Origin: Bispira polyomma
Lineage: Eukaryota
Direction: 5' to 3'
Assembly: GCA_965649765.1 (NCBI GenBank)
Contig: OZ287749.1
Location: 51,026,001-51,090,000 of the forward strand
DNA length: 64,000 nucleotides
Below, piece by piece: positions 12,193-25,738 of this stretch; the first letter of the stretch is position 1; the number at the start of each line of letters is the position of its first letter. The position numbers and the translations under genes were made by a program. The notes beneath the pieces were generated by a model. The model was not told the origin of the DNA, ran no database searches, and saw only the letters and a program-made list of their open reading frames with translations.

Positions 12193-13633
12193 AAAGCTTT
12201 TACACTGATTGATGAGCCCTACCTAACACATAATCAGCTGCAAAGACATTGCAACTGTTGTTGTTGTGTCATAAATTCATGTTAAGATATCAGTCGCTAT
12301 TCTCCATTACAGCCATCTTTAAAGAGATACCAAAGTCTCTTGTTTTGTTGAAACTTTGCTGACTACAGTGGATCTTTTGCAATTCCAAATATCCAAATAT
12401 ATTTAGGTACAATCATCAAGTGTGAATATAACACTGTATTTTAGCAAACACATCAGTGGGCATCAACACATACAAAAGTCGTTACTCCAGATGTTACATC
12501 TCAAATAATTCCCTAGAAGATTTCTCTTATAAGCCTGGTTAGCTCAGTTGGTAGACCATCAGACTTTTAAGACAATTGCCTTGAAGTGATCTGAAGGTCA
12601 AGGGTTTGAGTCCCCTTTTGGGTGAAAGCTTTTACAATTATTGATGTCAGCCCCACTTAACACACAATCAACAACAAAGACATTGGAACTGTTGTTGTGT
12701 CATGAATTCATGTTGAGATATCAGTCAATTATCTCCATTCCAGCCATCTGTAAGGAGGATACAGTGGATCTTTTTGCAATATTGACTAAAGTCTCTTGTT
12801 TTGTTGAAACTTTGCTGACTACAGTGGATCTTTTGCAATTCCAAATATCCAAATATATTTAGGTACAATCATCAAGTGTGAATATAACACTGTATTTTAG
12901 CAAACACATCAGTGGGCATCAACACATACAAAAGTCGTTACTCCAGATGTTACATCTCAAATAATTCCCTAGATGATTTTGCTAATAAGCCCGGTTAGTT
13001 CAGTCGGTAGAGCATCAGACTTTTAAGACAATTGCCTTGAAGTGATATGAAGGTCAAGGGTTCGAGTCCCCTTTTGGGTGAAAGCTTTTACAATTATTGA
13101 TGTCAGCCCCACTTAACACACAATCAACAACAAAGACATTGGAACTGTTGTTGTGTCATGAATTCATGTTGAGATATCAGTCAATTATTTCCATTCCAGC
13201 CATCTGTAAGGAGGATACAGTGGATCTTTTTGCAATATTGACTACAATTTTTTGCAATTCCAAATATCCAAATATATTTAGGTACAATCATCAAGTGTGA
13301 ATGTAACACCGTATTTTAGCAAATGCTTTGGTGGGTATCAAAACATTTGGGTTCGAGTCCCTTATTGGATGAAAGGTTTCACAATTATTGATGACAGCCC
13401 TACTTAACACATAATCAGCTGCAAAGACATTGGAAACTGTTTGAGCTGTGTCATCAATTCATGATAAGATATTAGTCACTTTTCTCCATTACAGCCATCT
13501 TTGAAGAGATACCAAAGTCTCTTTAGTTTTGTTGAAACTTTCCTGACTACAGTGGATCTTTTTGCAATATTCACTATAATTTTTCGCAATTCCATATCAC
13601 ACAAAAGAATGCTCTAGATGTTTTGTGTTCAAA

Positions 13634-13725
13634 GCCCGGTTAGCTCAGTTGGTAGAGCATCAGACTTTTAAGACAATAACCTTGAAGTGATCTGAGGGTC
13701 AAGGGTTCGAGTCCCTTATTGGGCG
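13634..13725 (+). tRNA. trnK-UUU: tRNA-Lys(UUU), 19-nt intron
   Basis: All four stems pair; only D-loop C17T differs from the array consensus. Confidence 0.88.
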
Positions 13726-16246
13726 AAAGCTTTTACACTGATTGATGACAGCCCTACCTAACACATAATCAGCTGCAAAGACATTGCAACTGTTGTTGTT
13801 GTGTCATAAATTCATGTTAAGATATCAGTCGCTATTCTCCATTACAGCCATCTTTAAAGAGATACCAAAGTCTCTTGTTTTGTTGAAACTTTGCTGACTA
13901 CAGTGGATCTTTTGCAATTCCAAATATCCAAATATATTTAGGTACAATCATCAAGTGTGAATATAACACTGTATTTTAGCAAACACATCAGTGGGCATCA
14001 ACACATACAAAAGTCGTTACTCCAGATGTTACATCTCAAATAATTCCCTAGAAGATTTCTCTTATAAGCCTGGTTAGCTCAGTTGGTAGACCATCAGACT
14101 TTTAAGACAATTGCCTTGAAGTGATCTAAAGGTCAAGGGTTTGAGTCCCCTTTTGGGTGAAAGCTTTTACAATTATTGATGTCAGCCCCACTTAACACAC
14201 AATCAACAACAAAGACATTGGAACTGTTGTTGTGTCATGAATTCATGTTGAGATATCAGTCAATTATCTCCATTCCAGCCATCTGTAAGGAGGATACAGT
14301 GGATATTTTTGCAATATTGACTACAATTTTTTGCAATTCCAAATATCCAAATATATTTAGGTACAATCATCAAGTGTGAATGTAACACCGTATTTTAGCA
14401 AATGCTTTGGTGGGTATCAAAACATTTGGGTTCGAGTCCCTTATTGGATGAAAGGTTTCACAATTATTGATGACAGCCCTACTTAACACATAATCAGCTG
14501 CAAAGACATTGGAACTGTTTGAGCTGTGTCATCAATTCATGATAAGATATTAGTAACTTTTCTTCATTACAGCCGTCTTTGAAGAGATACCAAAGTCTCT
14601 TTAGTTTTGTTGAAACTTTCCTGACTACAGTGGATCTTTTTGCAATATTCACTATAATTTTTCGCAATTCCATATCACACAAAAGAATGCTCTAGATGTT
14701 TTGGGTTCAAAGCCCGGTTAGCTCAGTCGGTAAAGCATCAGACTTTTAAGACAATAACCTTGAAGTGATCTGAGGGTCAAGGGTTCGAGTCCCTTATTGG
14801 GCGAAAGCTTTTACACTGATTGATGACAGCCCTACCTAACACACAATCAGCTGCAAAGACATTGCAACTGTTGTTGTTGTGTCATAAATTCATGTTAAGA
14901 TATCAGTCACTATTCTCCATTACAGCCATCTTTAAAGAGATACCAAAGTCTCTCGTTTTGTTGAAACTTTGCTGACTACAGTGGATCTTTTGCAATTCCA
15001 AATATCCAAATATATTTAGGTACAATCATCAAGTGTGAATATAACACTGTATTTTAGGAAACATATCAGTGGGCATCAACACATACAAAAGTAGTTACTC
15101 CAGATGTCACATCTCAAATAATTCCCTAGAAGATTTCTCTTATAAGCCTGGTTAGCTCAGTTGGTAGACCATCAGACTTTTAAGACAATTGCCTTGAAGT
15201 GATCTGAAGGTCAAGGGTTTGAGTCCCCTTTTGGGTGAAAGCTTTTACAATTATTGATGTCAGCCCCACTTAACACACAATCAACAACAAAGACATTGGA
15301 ACTGTTGTTGTGTCATGAATTCATGTTGAGATATCAGTCAATTATCTCCATTCCAGCCATCTGTAAGGAGGATACAGTGGATCTTTTTGCAATATTGACT
15401 AAAGTCTCTTGTTTTGTTGAAACTTTGCTGACTACAGTGGATCTTTTGCAATTCCAAATATCCAAATATATTTAGGTACAATCATCAAGTGTGAATATAA
15501 CACTGTATTTTAGCAAACACATCAGTGGACATCAACACATACAAAAGTCGTTACTCCAGATGTTACATCTCAAATAATTCCCTAGATGATTTTGCTAATA
15601 AGCCCGGTTAGTTCAGTCGGTAGAGCATCAGACTTTTAAGACAATTGCCTTGAAGTGATATGAAGGTCAAGGGTTCGAGTCCCGTTTTGGGTGAAAGCTT
15701 TTACAATTATTGATGTCAGCCCCACTTAACACACAATCAACAACAAAGACATTGGAACTGTTGTTGTGTCATGAATTCATGTTGAGATATCAGTCAATTA
15801 TTTCCATTCCAGCCATCTGTAAGGAGGATACAGTGGATCTTTTTGCAATATTGACTACAATTTTTTGCAATTCCAAATATCCAAATATATTTAGGTACAA
15901 TCATCAAGTGTGAATGTAACACCGTATTTTAGCAAATGCTTTGGTGGGTATCAAAACATTTGGGTTCGAGTCCCTTATTGGATGAAAGGTTTCACAATTA
16001 TTGATGACAGCCCTACTTAACACATAATCAGCTGCAAAGACATTGGAAACTGTTTGAGCTGTGTCATCAATTCATGATAAGATATTAGTCACTTTTCTCC
16101 ATTACAGCCATCTTTGAAGAGATACCAAAGTCTCTTTAGTTTTGTTGAAACTTTCCTGACTACAGTGGATCTTTTTGCAATATTCACTATAATTTTTCGC
16201 AATTCCATATCACACAAAAGAATGCTCTAGATGTTTTGTGTTCAAA

Positions 16247-16338
16247 GCCCGGTTAGCTCAGTCGGTAGAGCATCAGACTTTTAAGACAATAACCTTGAAG
16301 TGATCTGAGGGTCAAGGGTTCGAGTCCCTTATTGGGCG
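16247..16338 (+). tRNA. trnK-UUU: tRNA-Lys(UUU), 19-nt intron at 16284-16302 (array consensus copy)
   Basis: GCCCGGTTAGCTCAGTCGGTAGAGCATCAGACTTTTA/agacaataaccttgaagtg/ATCTGAGGGTCAAGGGTTCGAGTCCCTTATTGGGCG. The spliced 73-nt product folds into a full cloverleaf with anticodon TTT and discriminator G73, and closely matches eukaryotic tRNA-Lys3. Confidence 0.92.
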
Positions 16339-16343
16339 AAAGC

Positions 16344-16347
16344 TTTT
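16344..16347 (+). terminator. Pol III T4 terminator (representative; aaagctttt follows nearly every full copy)
   Basis: TTTT begins 6 nt after G73. Confidence 0.7.
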
Positions 16348-19064
16348 ACACTGATTGATGACAGCCCTACCTAACACATAATCAGCTGCAAAGACATTGC
16401 AACTGTTGTTGTTGTGTCATAAATTCATGTTAAGATATCAGTCGCTATTCTCCATTACAGCCATCTTTAAAGAGATACCAAAGTCTCTTGTTTTGTTGAA
16501 ACTTTGCTGACTACAGTGGATCTTTTGCAATTCCAAATATCCAAATATATTTAGGTACAATCATCAAGTGTGAATATAACACTGTATTTTAGCAAACACA
16601 TCAGTGGGCATCAACACATACAAAAGTCGTTACTCCAGATGTTACATCTCAAATAATGCCCTAGATGATTTTGCTTATAAGCCGGGTTAGCTCAGTCGGT
16701 AGAGCATCAGACTTTTAAGACAATTGCCTTGAAGTGATATGAAGGTCAAGGGTTCGAGTCCCGTTTTGGGTGAAAGCTTTTACAATTATTGATGTCAGCC
16801 CCACTTAACACACAATCAACAACAAAGACATTGGAACTGTTGTTGTGTCATGAATTCATGTTGAGATATCAGTCAATTATTTCCATTCCAGCCATCTGTA
16901 AGGAGGATACAGTGGATCTTTTTGCAATATTGACTACAATTTTTTGCAATTCCAAATATCCAAATATATTTAGGTACAATCATCAAGTGTGAATGTAACA
17001 CCGTATTTTAGCAAATGCTTTGGTGGGTATCAAAACATTTGGGTTCGAGTCCCTTATTGGATGAAAGGTTTCACAATTATTGATGACAGCCCTACTTAAC
17101 ACATAATCAGCTGCAAAGACATTGGAAACTGTTTGAGCTGTGTCATCAATTCATGATAAGATATTAGTCACTTTTCTCCATTACAGCCATCTTTGAAGAG
17201 ATACCAAAGTCTCTTTAGTTTTGTTGAAACTTTCCTGACTACAGTGGATCTTTTTGCAATATTCACTATAATTTTTCGCAATTCCATATCACACAAAAGA
17301 ATGCTCTAGATGTTTTGTGTTCAAAGCCCGGTTAGCTCAGTGGGTAGAGCATCAGTTTTTTAAGACAATAACCTTGAAGTGATCTGAGGGTCAAGGGTTC
17401 GAGTCCCTTATTGGGCGAAAGCTTTTACACTGATTGATGACAGCCCTACCTAACACACAATCAGCTGCAAAGACATTGCAACTGTTGTTGTTGTGTCATA
17501 AATTCATGTTAAGATATCAGTCACTATTCTCCATTACAGCCATCTTTAAAGAGATACCAAAGTCTCTTGTTTTGTTGAAACTTTGCTGACTACAGTGGAT
17601 CTTTTGCAATTCCAAATATCCAAATATATTTAGGTACAATCATCAAGTGTGAATATAACACTGTATTTTAGCAAACACATCAGTGGGCATCAACACATAC
17701 AAAAGTCGTTACTCCAGATGTTACATCTCAAATAATGCCCTAGATGATTTTACTTATAAGCCTGGTTAGCTCAGTCGGTAGAGCATCAGACTTTTAAGAC
17801 AATTGCCTTGAAGTGATATGAAGGTCAAGGGTTCGAGTCCCCTTTTGGGTGAAAGCTTTTACAATTATTGATGTCAGCCCCACTTAACACACAATCAACA
17901 ACAAAGACATTGGAACTGTTGTTGTGTCATGAATTCATGTTGAGATATCAGTCAATTATTTCCATTCCAGCCATCTGTAAGGAGGATACAGTGGATCTTT
18001 TTGCAATATTGACTACAATTTTTTGCAATTCCAAATATCCAAATATATTTAGGTACAATCATCAAGTGTGAATGTAACACCGTATTTTAGCAAATGCTTT
18101 GGTGGGTATCAAAACATTTGGGTTCGAGTCCCTTATTGGATGAAAGGTTTCACAATTATTGATGACAGCCCTACTTAACACATAATCAGCTGCAAAGACA
18201 TTGGAAACTGTTTGAGCTGTGTCATCAATTCATGATAAGATATTAGTCACTTTTCTCCATTACAGCCATCTTTGAAGAGATACCAAAGTCTCTTTAGTTT
18301 TGTTGAAACTTTCCTGACTACAGTGGATCTTTTTGCAATATTCACTATAATTTTTCGCAATTCCATATCACACAAAAGAATGCTCTAGATGTTTTGTGTT
18401 CAAAGCCCGGTTACCTCAGTCGGTAGAGCATCAGACTTTTAAGACAATAACCTTGAAGTGATCTGAGGGTCAAGGGTTCGAGTTCCTTATTGGGCGAAAG
18501 CTTTTACACTGATTGATGACAGCCCTACCTAACACATAATCAGCTGCAAAGACATTGCAACTGTTGTTGTTGTGTCATAAATTCATGTTAAGATATCAGT
18601 CGCTATTCTCCATTACAGCCATCTTTAAAGAGATACCAAAGTCTCTTGTTTTGTTGAAACTTTGCTGACTACAGTGGATCTTTTGCAATTCCAAATATCC
18701 AAATATATTTAGGTACAATCATCAAGTGTGAATATAACACCGTATTTTAGCAAATGCTTTGGTGGGTATCAAAACATTTGGGTTCGAGTCCCTTATTGGA
18801 TGAAAGGTTTCACAATTATTGATGACAGCCCTACTTAACACATAATCAGCTGCAAAGACATTGGAAACTGTTTGAGCTGTGTCATCAATTCATGATAAGA
18901 TATTAGTCACTTTTCTCCATTACAGCCATCTTTGAAGAGATACCAAAGTCTCTTTAGTTTTGTTGAAACTTTCCTGACTACAGTGGATCTTTTTGCAATA
19001 TTCACTATAATTTTTCGCAATTCCATATCACACAAAAGAATGCTCTAGATGTTTTGTGTTCAAA

Positions 19065-19156
19065 GCCCGGTTAGCTCAGTTGGTAGAGCATCAGACTTTT
19101 AAGACAATAACCTTGAAGTGATCTGAGGGTCAAGGGTTCGAGTCCCTTATTGGGCG
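19065..19156 (+). tRNA. trnK-UUU: tRNA-Lys(UUU), 19-nt intron
   Basis: Consensus except D-loop C17T. Confidence 0.88.
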
Positions 19157-22100
19157 AAAGCTTTTACACTGATTGATGACAGCCCTACCTAACACATAAT
19201 CAGCTGCAAAGACATTGCAACTGTTGTTGTTGTGTCATAAATTCATGTTAAGATATCAGTCGCTATTCTCCATTACAGCCATCTTTAAAGAGATACCAAA
19301 GTCTCTTGTTTTGTTGAAACTTTGCTGACTACAGTGGATCTTTTGCAATTCCAAATATCCAAATATATTTAGGTACAATCATCAAGTGTGAATATAACAC
19401 TGTATTTTAGCAAACACATCAGTGGGCATCAACACATACAAAAGTCGTTACTCCAGATGTTACATCTCAAATAATGCCCTAGATGATTTTACTTATAAGC
19501 CTGGTTAGCTCAGTCGGTAGAGCATCAGACTTTTAAGACAATTGCCTTGAAGTGATATGAAGGTCAAGGGTTCGAGTCCCGTTTTGGGTGAAAGCTTTTA
19601 CAATTATTGATGTCAGCCCCACTTAACACACAATCAACAACAAAGACATTGGAACTGTTGTTGTGTCATGAATTCATGTTGAGATATCAGTCAATTATTT
19701 CCATTCCAGCCATCTGTAAGGAGGATACAGTGGATCTTTTTGCAATATTGACTACAATTTTTTGCAATTCCAAATATCCAAATATATTTAGGTACAATCA
19801 TCAAGTGTGAATGTAACACCGTATTTTAGGAAATGCTTTGGTGGGTATCAAAACATTTGGGTTCGAGTCCCTTATTGGATGAAAGGTTTCACAATTATTG
19901 ATGACAGCCCTACTTAACACATAATCAGCTGCAAAGACATTGGAAACTGTTTGAGCTGTGTCATCAATTCATGATAAGATATTAGTCACTTTTCTCCATT
20001 ACAGCCATCTTTGAAGAGATACCAAAGTCTCTTTAGTTTTGTTGAAACTTTCCTGACTACAGTGGATCTTTTTGCAATATTCACTATAATTTTTCGCAAT
20101 TCCATATCACACAAAAGAATGCTCTAGATGTTTTGTGTTCAAAGCCCGGTTACCTCAGTCGGTAGAGCATCAGACTTTTAAGACAATAACCTTGAAGTGA
20201 TCTGAGGGTCAAGGGTTCGAGTTCCTTATTGGGCGAAAGCTTTTACACTGATTGATGACAGCCCTACCTAACACATAATCAGCTGCAAAGACATTGCAAC
20301 TGTTGTTGTTGTGTCATAAATTCATGTTAAGATATCAGTCGCTATTCTCCATTACAGCCATCTTTAAAGAGATACCAAAGTCTCTTGTTTTGTTGAAACT
20401 TTGCTGACTACAGTGGATCTTTTGCAATTCCAAATATCCAAATATATTTAGGTACAATCATCAAGTGTGAATATAACACCGTATTTTAGCAAATGCTTTG
20501 GTGGGTATCAAAACATTTGGGGTCGAGTCCCTTATTGGATGAAAGGTTTCACAATTATTGATGACAGCCCTACTTAACACATAATCAGCTGCAAAGACAT
20601 TGGAAACTGTTTGAGCTGTGTCATCAATTCATGATAAGATATTAGTCACTTTTCTCCATTACAGCCATCTTTGAAGAGATACCAAAGTCTCTTTAGTTTT
20701 GTTGAAACTTTCCTGACTACAGTGGATCTTTTTGCAATATTCACTATAATTTTTCGCAATTCCATATCACACAAAAGAATGCTCTAGATGTTTTGTGTTC
20801 AAAGCCCGGTTAGCTCAGTCGGTAGAGCATCAGACTTTTAAGACAATAACCTTGAAGTGATCTGAGGGTCAAAGGTTCGAGTCCCTTATTGGGCGAAAGC
20901 TTTTACACTGATTGATGACAGCCCAACAAACAAAGACATGACAAAGACATTGCAACTGTTGTTGTTGTGTCATAAATTCATGTTAAGATATCAGTCACTA
21001 TTCTCCATTACAGCCATCTTTAAAGAGATACCAAAGTCTCTTGTTTTGTTGAAACTTTGCTGACTACAGTGGATCTTTTGCAATTCCAAATATCCAAATA
21101 TATTTAGGTACAATCATCAAGTGTGAATATAACACTGTATTTTAGCAAACACATCAGTGGGCATCAACACATACAAAAGTCGTTACTCCAGATGTTACAT
21201 CTCAAATAATGCCCTAGATGATTTTGCTTATAAGCCTGGTTAGCTCAGTCGGTAGAGCATCAGACTTTTAAGACAATTGCCTTGAAGTGATATGAAGGTC
21301 AAGGGTTCGAGTCCCCTTTTGGGTGAAAGCTTTTACAATTATTGATGTCAGCCCCACTTAACACACAATCAACAACAAAGACATTGGAACTGTTGTTGTG
21401 TCATGAATTCATGTTGAGATATCAGTCAATTATTTCCATTCCAGCCATCTGTAAGGAGGATACAGTGGATCTTTTTGCAATATTGACTACAATTTTTTGC
21501 AATTCCAAATATCCAAATATATTTAGGTACAATCATCAAGTGTGAATGTAACACCGTATTTTAGCAATTGCTTTGGTGGGTATCAAAACATTTGGGTTCG
21601 AGTCCCTTATTGGATGAAAGGTTTCACAATTATTGATGACAGCCCTACTTAACACATAATCAGCTGCAAAGACATTGGAAACTGTTTGAACTGTGTCATC
21701 AATTCATGATAAGATATTAGTCACTTTTCTCCATTACAGCCATCTTTGAAGAGATACCAAAGTCTCTTTAGTTTTGTTGAAACTTTCCTGACTACAGTGG
21801 ATCTTTTTGCAATATTCACTATAATTTTTCGCAATTCCATATCACACAAAAGAATGCTCTAGATGTTTTGTGTTCAAAGCCCGGTTACCTCAGTCGGTAG
21901 AGCATCAGACTTTTAAGACAATAACCTTGAAGTGATCTGAGGGTCAAGGGTTCGAGTTCCTTATTGGGCGAAAGCTTTTACACTGATTGATGACAGCCCT
22001 ACCTAACACATAATCAGCTGCAAAGACATTGCAACTGTTGTTGTTGTGTCATAAATTCATGTTAAGATATCAGTCGCTATTCTCCATTACAGCCATCTTT

Positions 22101-22538
22101 AAAGAGATACCAAAGTCTCTTGTTTTGTTGAAACTTTGCTGACTACAGTGGATCTTTTGCAATTCCAAATATCCAAATATATTTAGGTACAATCATCAAG
22201 TGTGAATATAACACCGTATTTTAGCAAATGCTTTGGTGGGTATCAAAACATTTGGGTTCGAGTCCCTTATTGGATGAAAGGTTTCACAATTATTGATGAC
22301 AGCCCTACTTAACACATAATCAGCTGCAAAGACATTGGAAACTGTTTGAGCTGTGTCATCAATTCATGATAAGATATTAGTCACTTTTCTCCATTACAGC
22401 CATCTTTGAAGAGATACCAAAGTCTCTTTAGTTTTGTTGAAACTTTCCTGACTACAGTGGATCTTTTTGCAATATTCACTATAATTTTTCGCAATTCCAT
22501 ATCACACAAAAGAATGCTCTAGATGTTTTGTGTTCAAA

Positions 22539-22630
22539 GCCCGGTTAGCTCAGTCGGTAGAGCATCAGACTTTTAAGACAATAACCTTGAAGTGATCTGA
22601 GGGTCAAGGGTTCGAGTCCCTTATTGGGCG
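22539..22630 (+). tRNA. trnK-UUU: tRNA-Lys(UUU), 19-nt intron
   Basis: Identical to the consensus copy. Confidence 0.9.
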
Positions 22631-24249
22631 AAAGCTTTTACACTGATTGATGACAGCCCTACCTAACACATAATCAGCTGCAAAGACATTGCAACTGTTG
22701 TTGTTGTGTCATAAATTCATGTTAAGATATCAGTCGCTATTCTCCATTACAGCCATCTTTAAAGAGATACCAAAGTCTCTTGTTTTGTTGAAACTTTGCT
22801 GACTACAGTGGATCTTTTGCAATTCCAAATATCCAAATATATTTAGGTACAATCATCAAGTGTGAATATAACACTGTATTTTAGCAAACACATCAGTGGG
22901 CATCAACACATACAAAAGTCGTTACTCCAGATGTTACATCTCAAATAATGCCCTAGATGATTTTGCTTATAAGCCTGGTTAGCTCAGTCGGTAGAGCATC
23001 AGACTTTTAAGACAATTGCCTTGAAGTGATATGAAGGTCAAGGGTTCGAGTCCCGTTTTGGGTGAAAGCTTTTACAATTATTGATGTCAGCCCCACTTAA
23101 CACACAATCAACAACAAAGACATTGGAACTGTTGTTGTGTCATGAATTCATGTTGAGATATCAGTCAATTATTTCCATTCCAGCCATCTGTAAGGAGGAT
23201 ACAGTGGATCTTTTTGCAATATTGACTACAATTTTTTGCAATTCCAAATATCCAAATATATTTAGGTACAATCATCAAGTGTGAATGTAACACCGTATTT
23301 TAGCAAATGCTTTGGTGGGTATCAAAACATTTGGGTTCGAGTCCCTTATTGGATGAAAGGTTTCACAATTATTGATGACAGCCCTACTTAACACATAATC
23401 AGCTGCAAAGACATTGGAAACTGTTTGAGCTGTGTCATCAATTCATGATAAGATATTAGTCACTTTTCTCCATTACAGCCATCTTTGAAGAGATACCAAA
23501 GTCTCTTTAGTTTTGTTGAAACTTTCCTGACTACAGTGGATCTTTTTGCAATATTCACTATAATTTTTCGCAATTCCATATCACACAAAATAATGCTCTA
23601 GATGTTTTGTGTTCAAAGCCTGGTTAGCTCAGTCGGTAGAGCATCAGACTTTTAAGACAATAACCTTGAAGTGATCTGAGGGTCAAGGGTTCGAGTTCCT
23701 TATTGGGCGAAAGCTTTTACACTGATTGATGACAGCCCTACCTAACACATAATCAGCTGCAAAGACATTGCAACTGTTGTTGTTGTGTCATAAATTCATG
23801 TTAAGATATCAGTCGCTATTCTCCATTACAGCCATCTTTAAAGAGATACCAAAGTCTCTTGTTTTGTTGAAACTTTGCTGACTACAGTGGATCTTTTGCA
23901 ATTCCAAATATCCAAATATATTTAGGTACAATCATCAAGTGTGAATATAACACTGTATATAACACTGTATTCATCCCTTATTGGATGAAAGGTTTCACAA
24001 TTATTGATGACAGCCCTACTTAACACATAATCAGCTGCAAAGACATTGGAAACTGTTTGAGCTGTGTCATCAATTCATGATAAGATATTAGTCACTTTTC
24101 TCCATTACAGCCATCTTTGAAGAGATACCAAAGTCTCTTTAGTTTTGTTGAAACTTTCCTGACTACAGTGGATCTTTTTGCAATATTCACTATAATTTTT
24201 CGCAATTCCATATCACACAAAAGAATGCTCTAGATGTTTTGTGTTCAAA

Positions 24250-24323
24250 GCCCGGTTAGCTCAGTTGGTAGAGCATCAGACTTTTAAGACAATAACCTTG
24301 AAGTGATCTGAGGGTCAAGGGTT
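24250..24323 (+). pseudogene. 3'-truncated tRNA-Lys created by a 79-bp tandem duplication
   Basis: Runs from G1 to T55, then restarts at tcaaagcccgg. Confidence 0.85.
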
Positions 24324-24328
24324 TCAAA

Positions 24329-24420
24329 GCCCGGTTAGCTCAGTCGGTAGAGCATCAGACTTTTAAGACAATAACCTTGAAGTGATCTGAGGGTCAAGGG
24401 TTCGAGTCCCTTATTGGGCG
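24329..24420 (+). tRNA. trnK-UUU: tRNA-Lys(UUU), 19-nt intron
   Basis: Identical to consensus, but the normal 5' flank is replaced by the truncated copy. Confidence 0.82.
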
Positions 24421-25738
24421 AAAGCTTTTACACTGATTGATGACAGCCCTACCTAACACACAATCAGCTGCAAAGACATTGCAACTGTTGTTGTTGTGTC
24501 ATAAATTCATGTTAAGATATCAGTCACTATTCTCCATTACAGCCATCTTTAAAGAGATACCAAAGTCTCTTGTTTTGTTGAAACTTTGCTGACTACAGTG
24601 GATCTTTTGCAATTCCAAATATCCAAATATATTTAGGTACAATCATCAAGTGTGAATATAACACTGTATTTTAGCAAACACATCAGTGGGCATCAACACA
24701 TACAAAAGTCGTTACTCCAGATGTTACATCTCAAATAATGCCCTAGATGATTTTGCTTTTACAATTATTGATGTCAGCCCCACTTAACACACAATCAACA
24801 ACAAAGACATTGGAACTGTTGTTGTGTCATGAATTCATGTTGAGATATCAGTCAATTATTTCCATTCCAGCCATCTGTAAGGAGGATACAGTGGATCTTT
24901 TTGCAATATTGACTACAATTTTTTGCAATTCCAAATATCCAAATATATTTAGGTACAATCATCAAGTGTGAATGTAACACCGTATTTTAGCAAATGCTTT
25001 GGTGGGTATCAAAACATTTGGGTTCGAGTCCCTTATTGGATGAAAGGTTTCACAATTATTGATGACAGCCCTACTTAACACATAATCAGCTGCAAAGACA
25101 TTGGAAACTGTTTGAGCTGTGTCATCAATTCATGATAAGATATTAGTCACTTTTCTCCATTACAGCCATCTTTGAAGAGATACCAAAGTCTCTTTAGTTT
25201 TGTTGAAACTTTCCTGACTACAGTGGATCTTTTTGCAATATTCACTATAATTTTTCGCAATTCCATATCACACAAAAGAATGCTCTAGATGTTTTGTGTT
25301 CAAAGCCCGGTTAGCTCGGTCGGTAGAGCATCAGACTTTTAAGACAATAACCTTGAAGTGATCTGAGGGTCAAGGGTTCGAGTCCCTTATTGGGCGAAAG
25401 CTTTTACACTGATTGATGACAGCCCTACCTAACACATAATCAGCTGCAAAGACATTGCAACTGTTGTTGTTGTGTCATAAATTCATGTTAAGATATCAGT
25501 CACTATTCTCCATTACAGCCATCTTTAAAGAGATACCAAAGTCTCTTGTTTTGTTGAAACTTTGCTGACTACAGTGGATCTTTTGCAATTCCAAATATCC
25601 AAATATATTTAGGTACAATCATCAAGTGTGAATATAACACTGTATTTTAGCAAACACATCAGTGGGCATCAACACAGACAAAAGTAGTTACTCCAGATGT
25701 TACATCTCAAATAATGCCCTAGATGATTTCTGTTCCAA

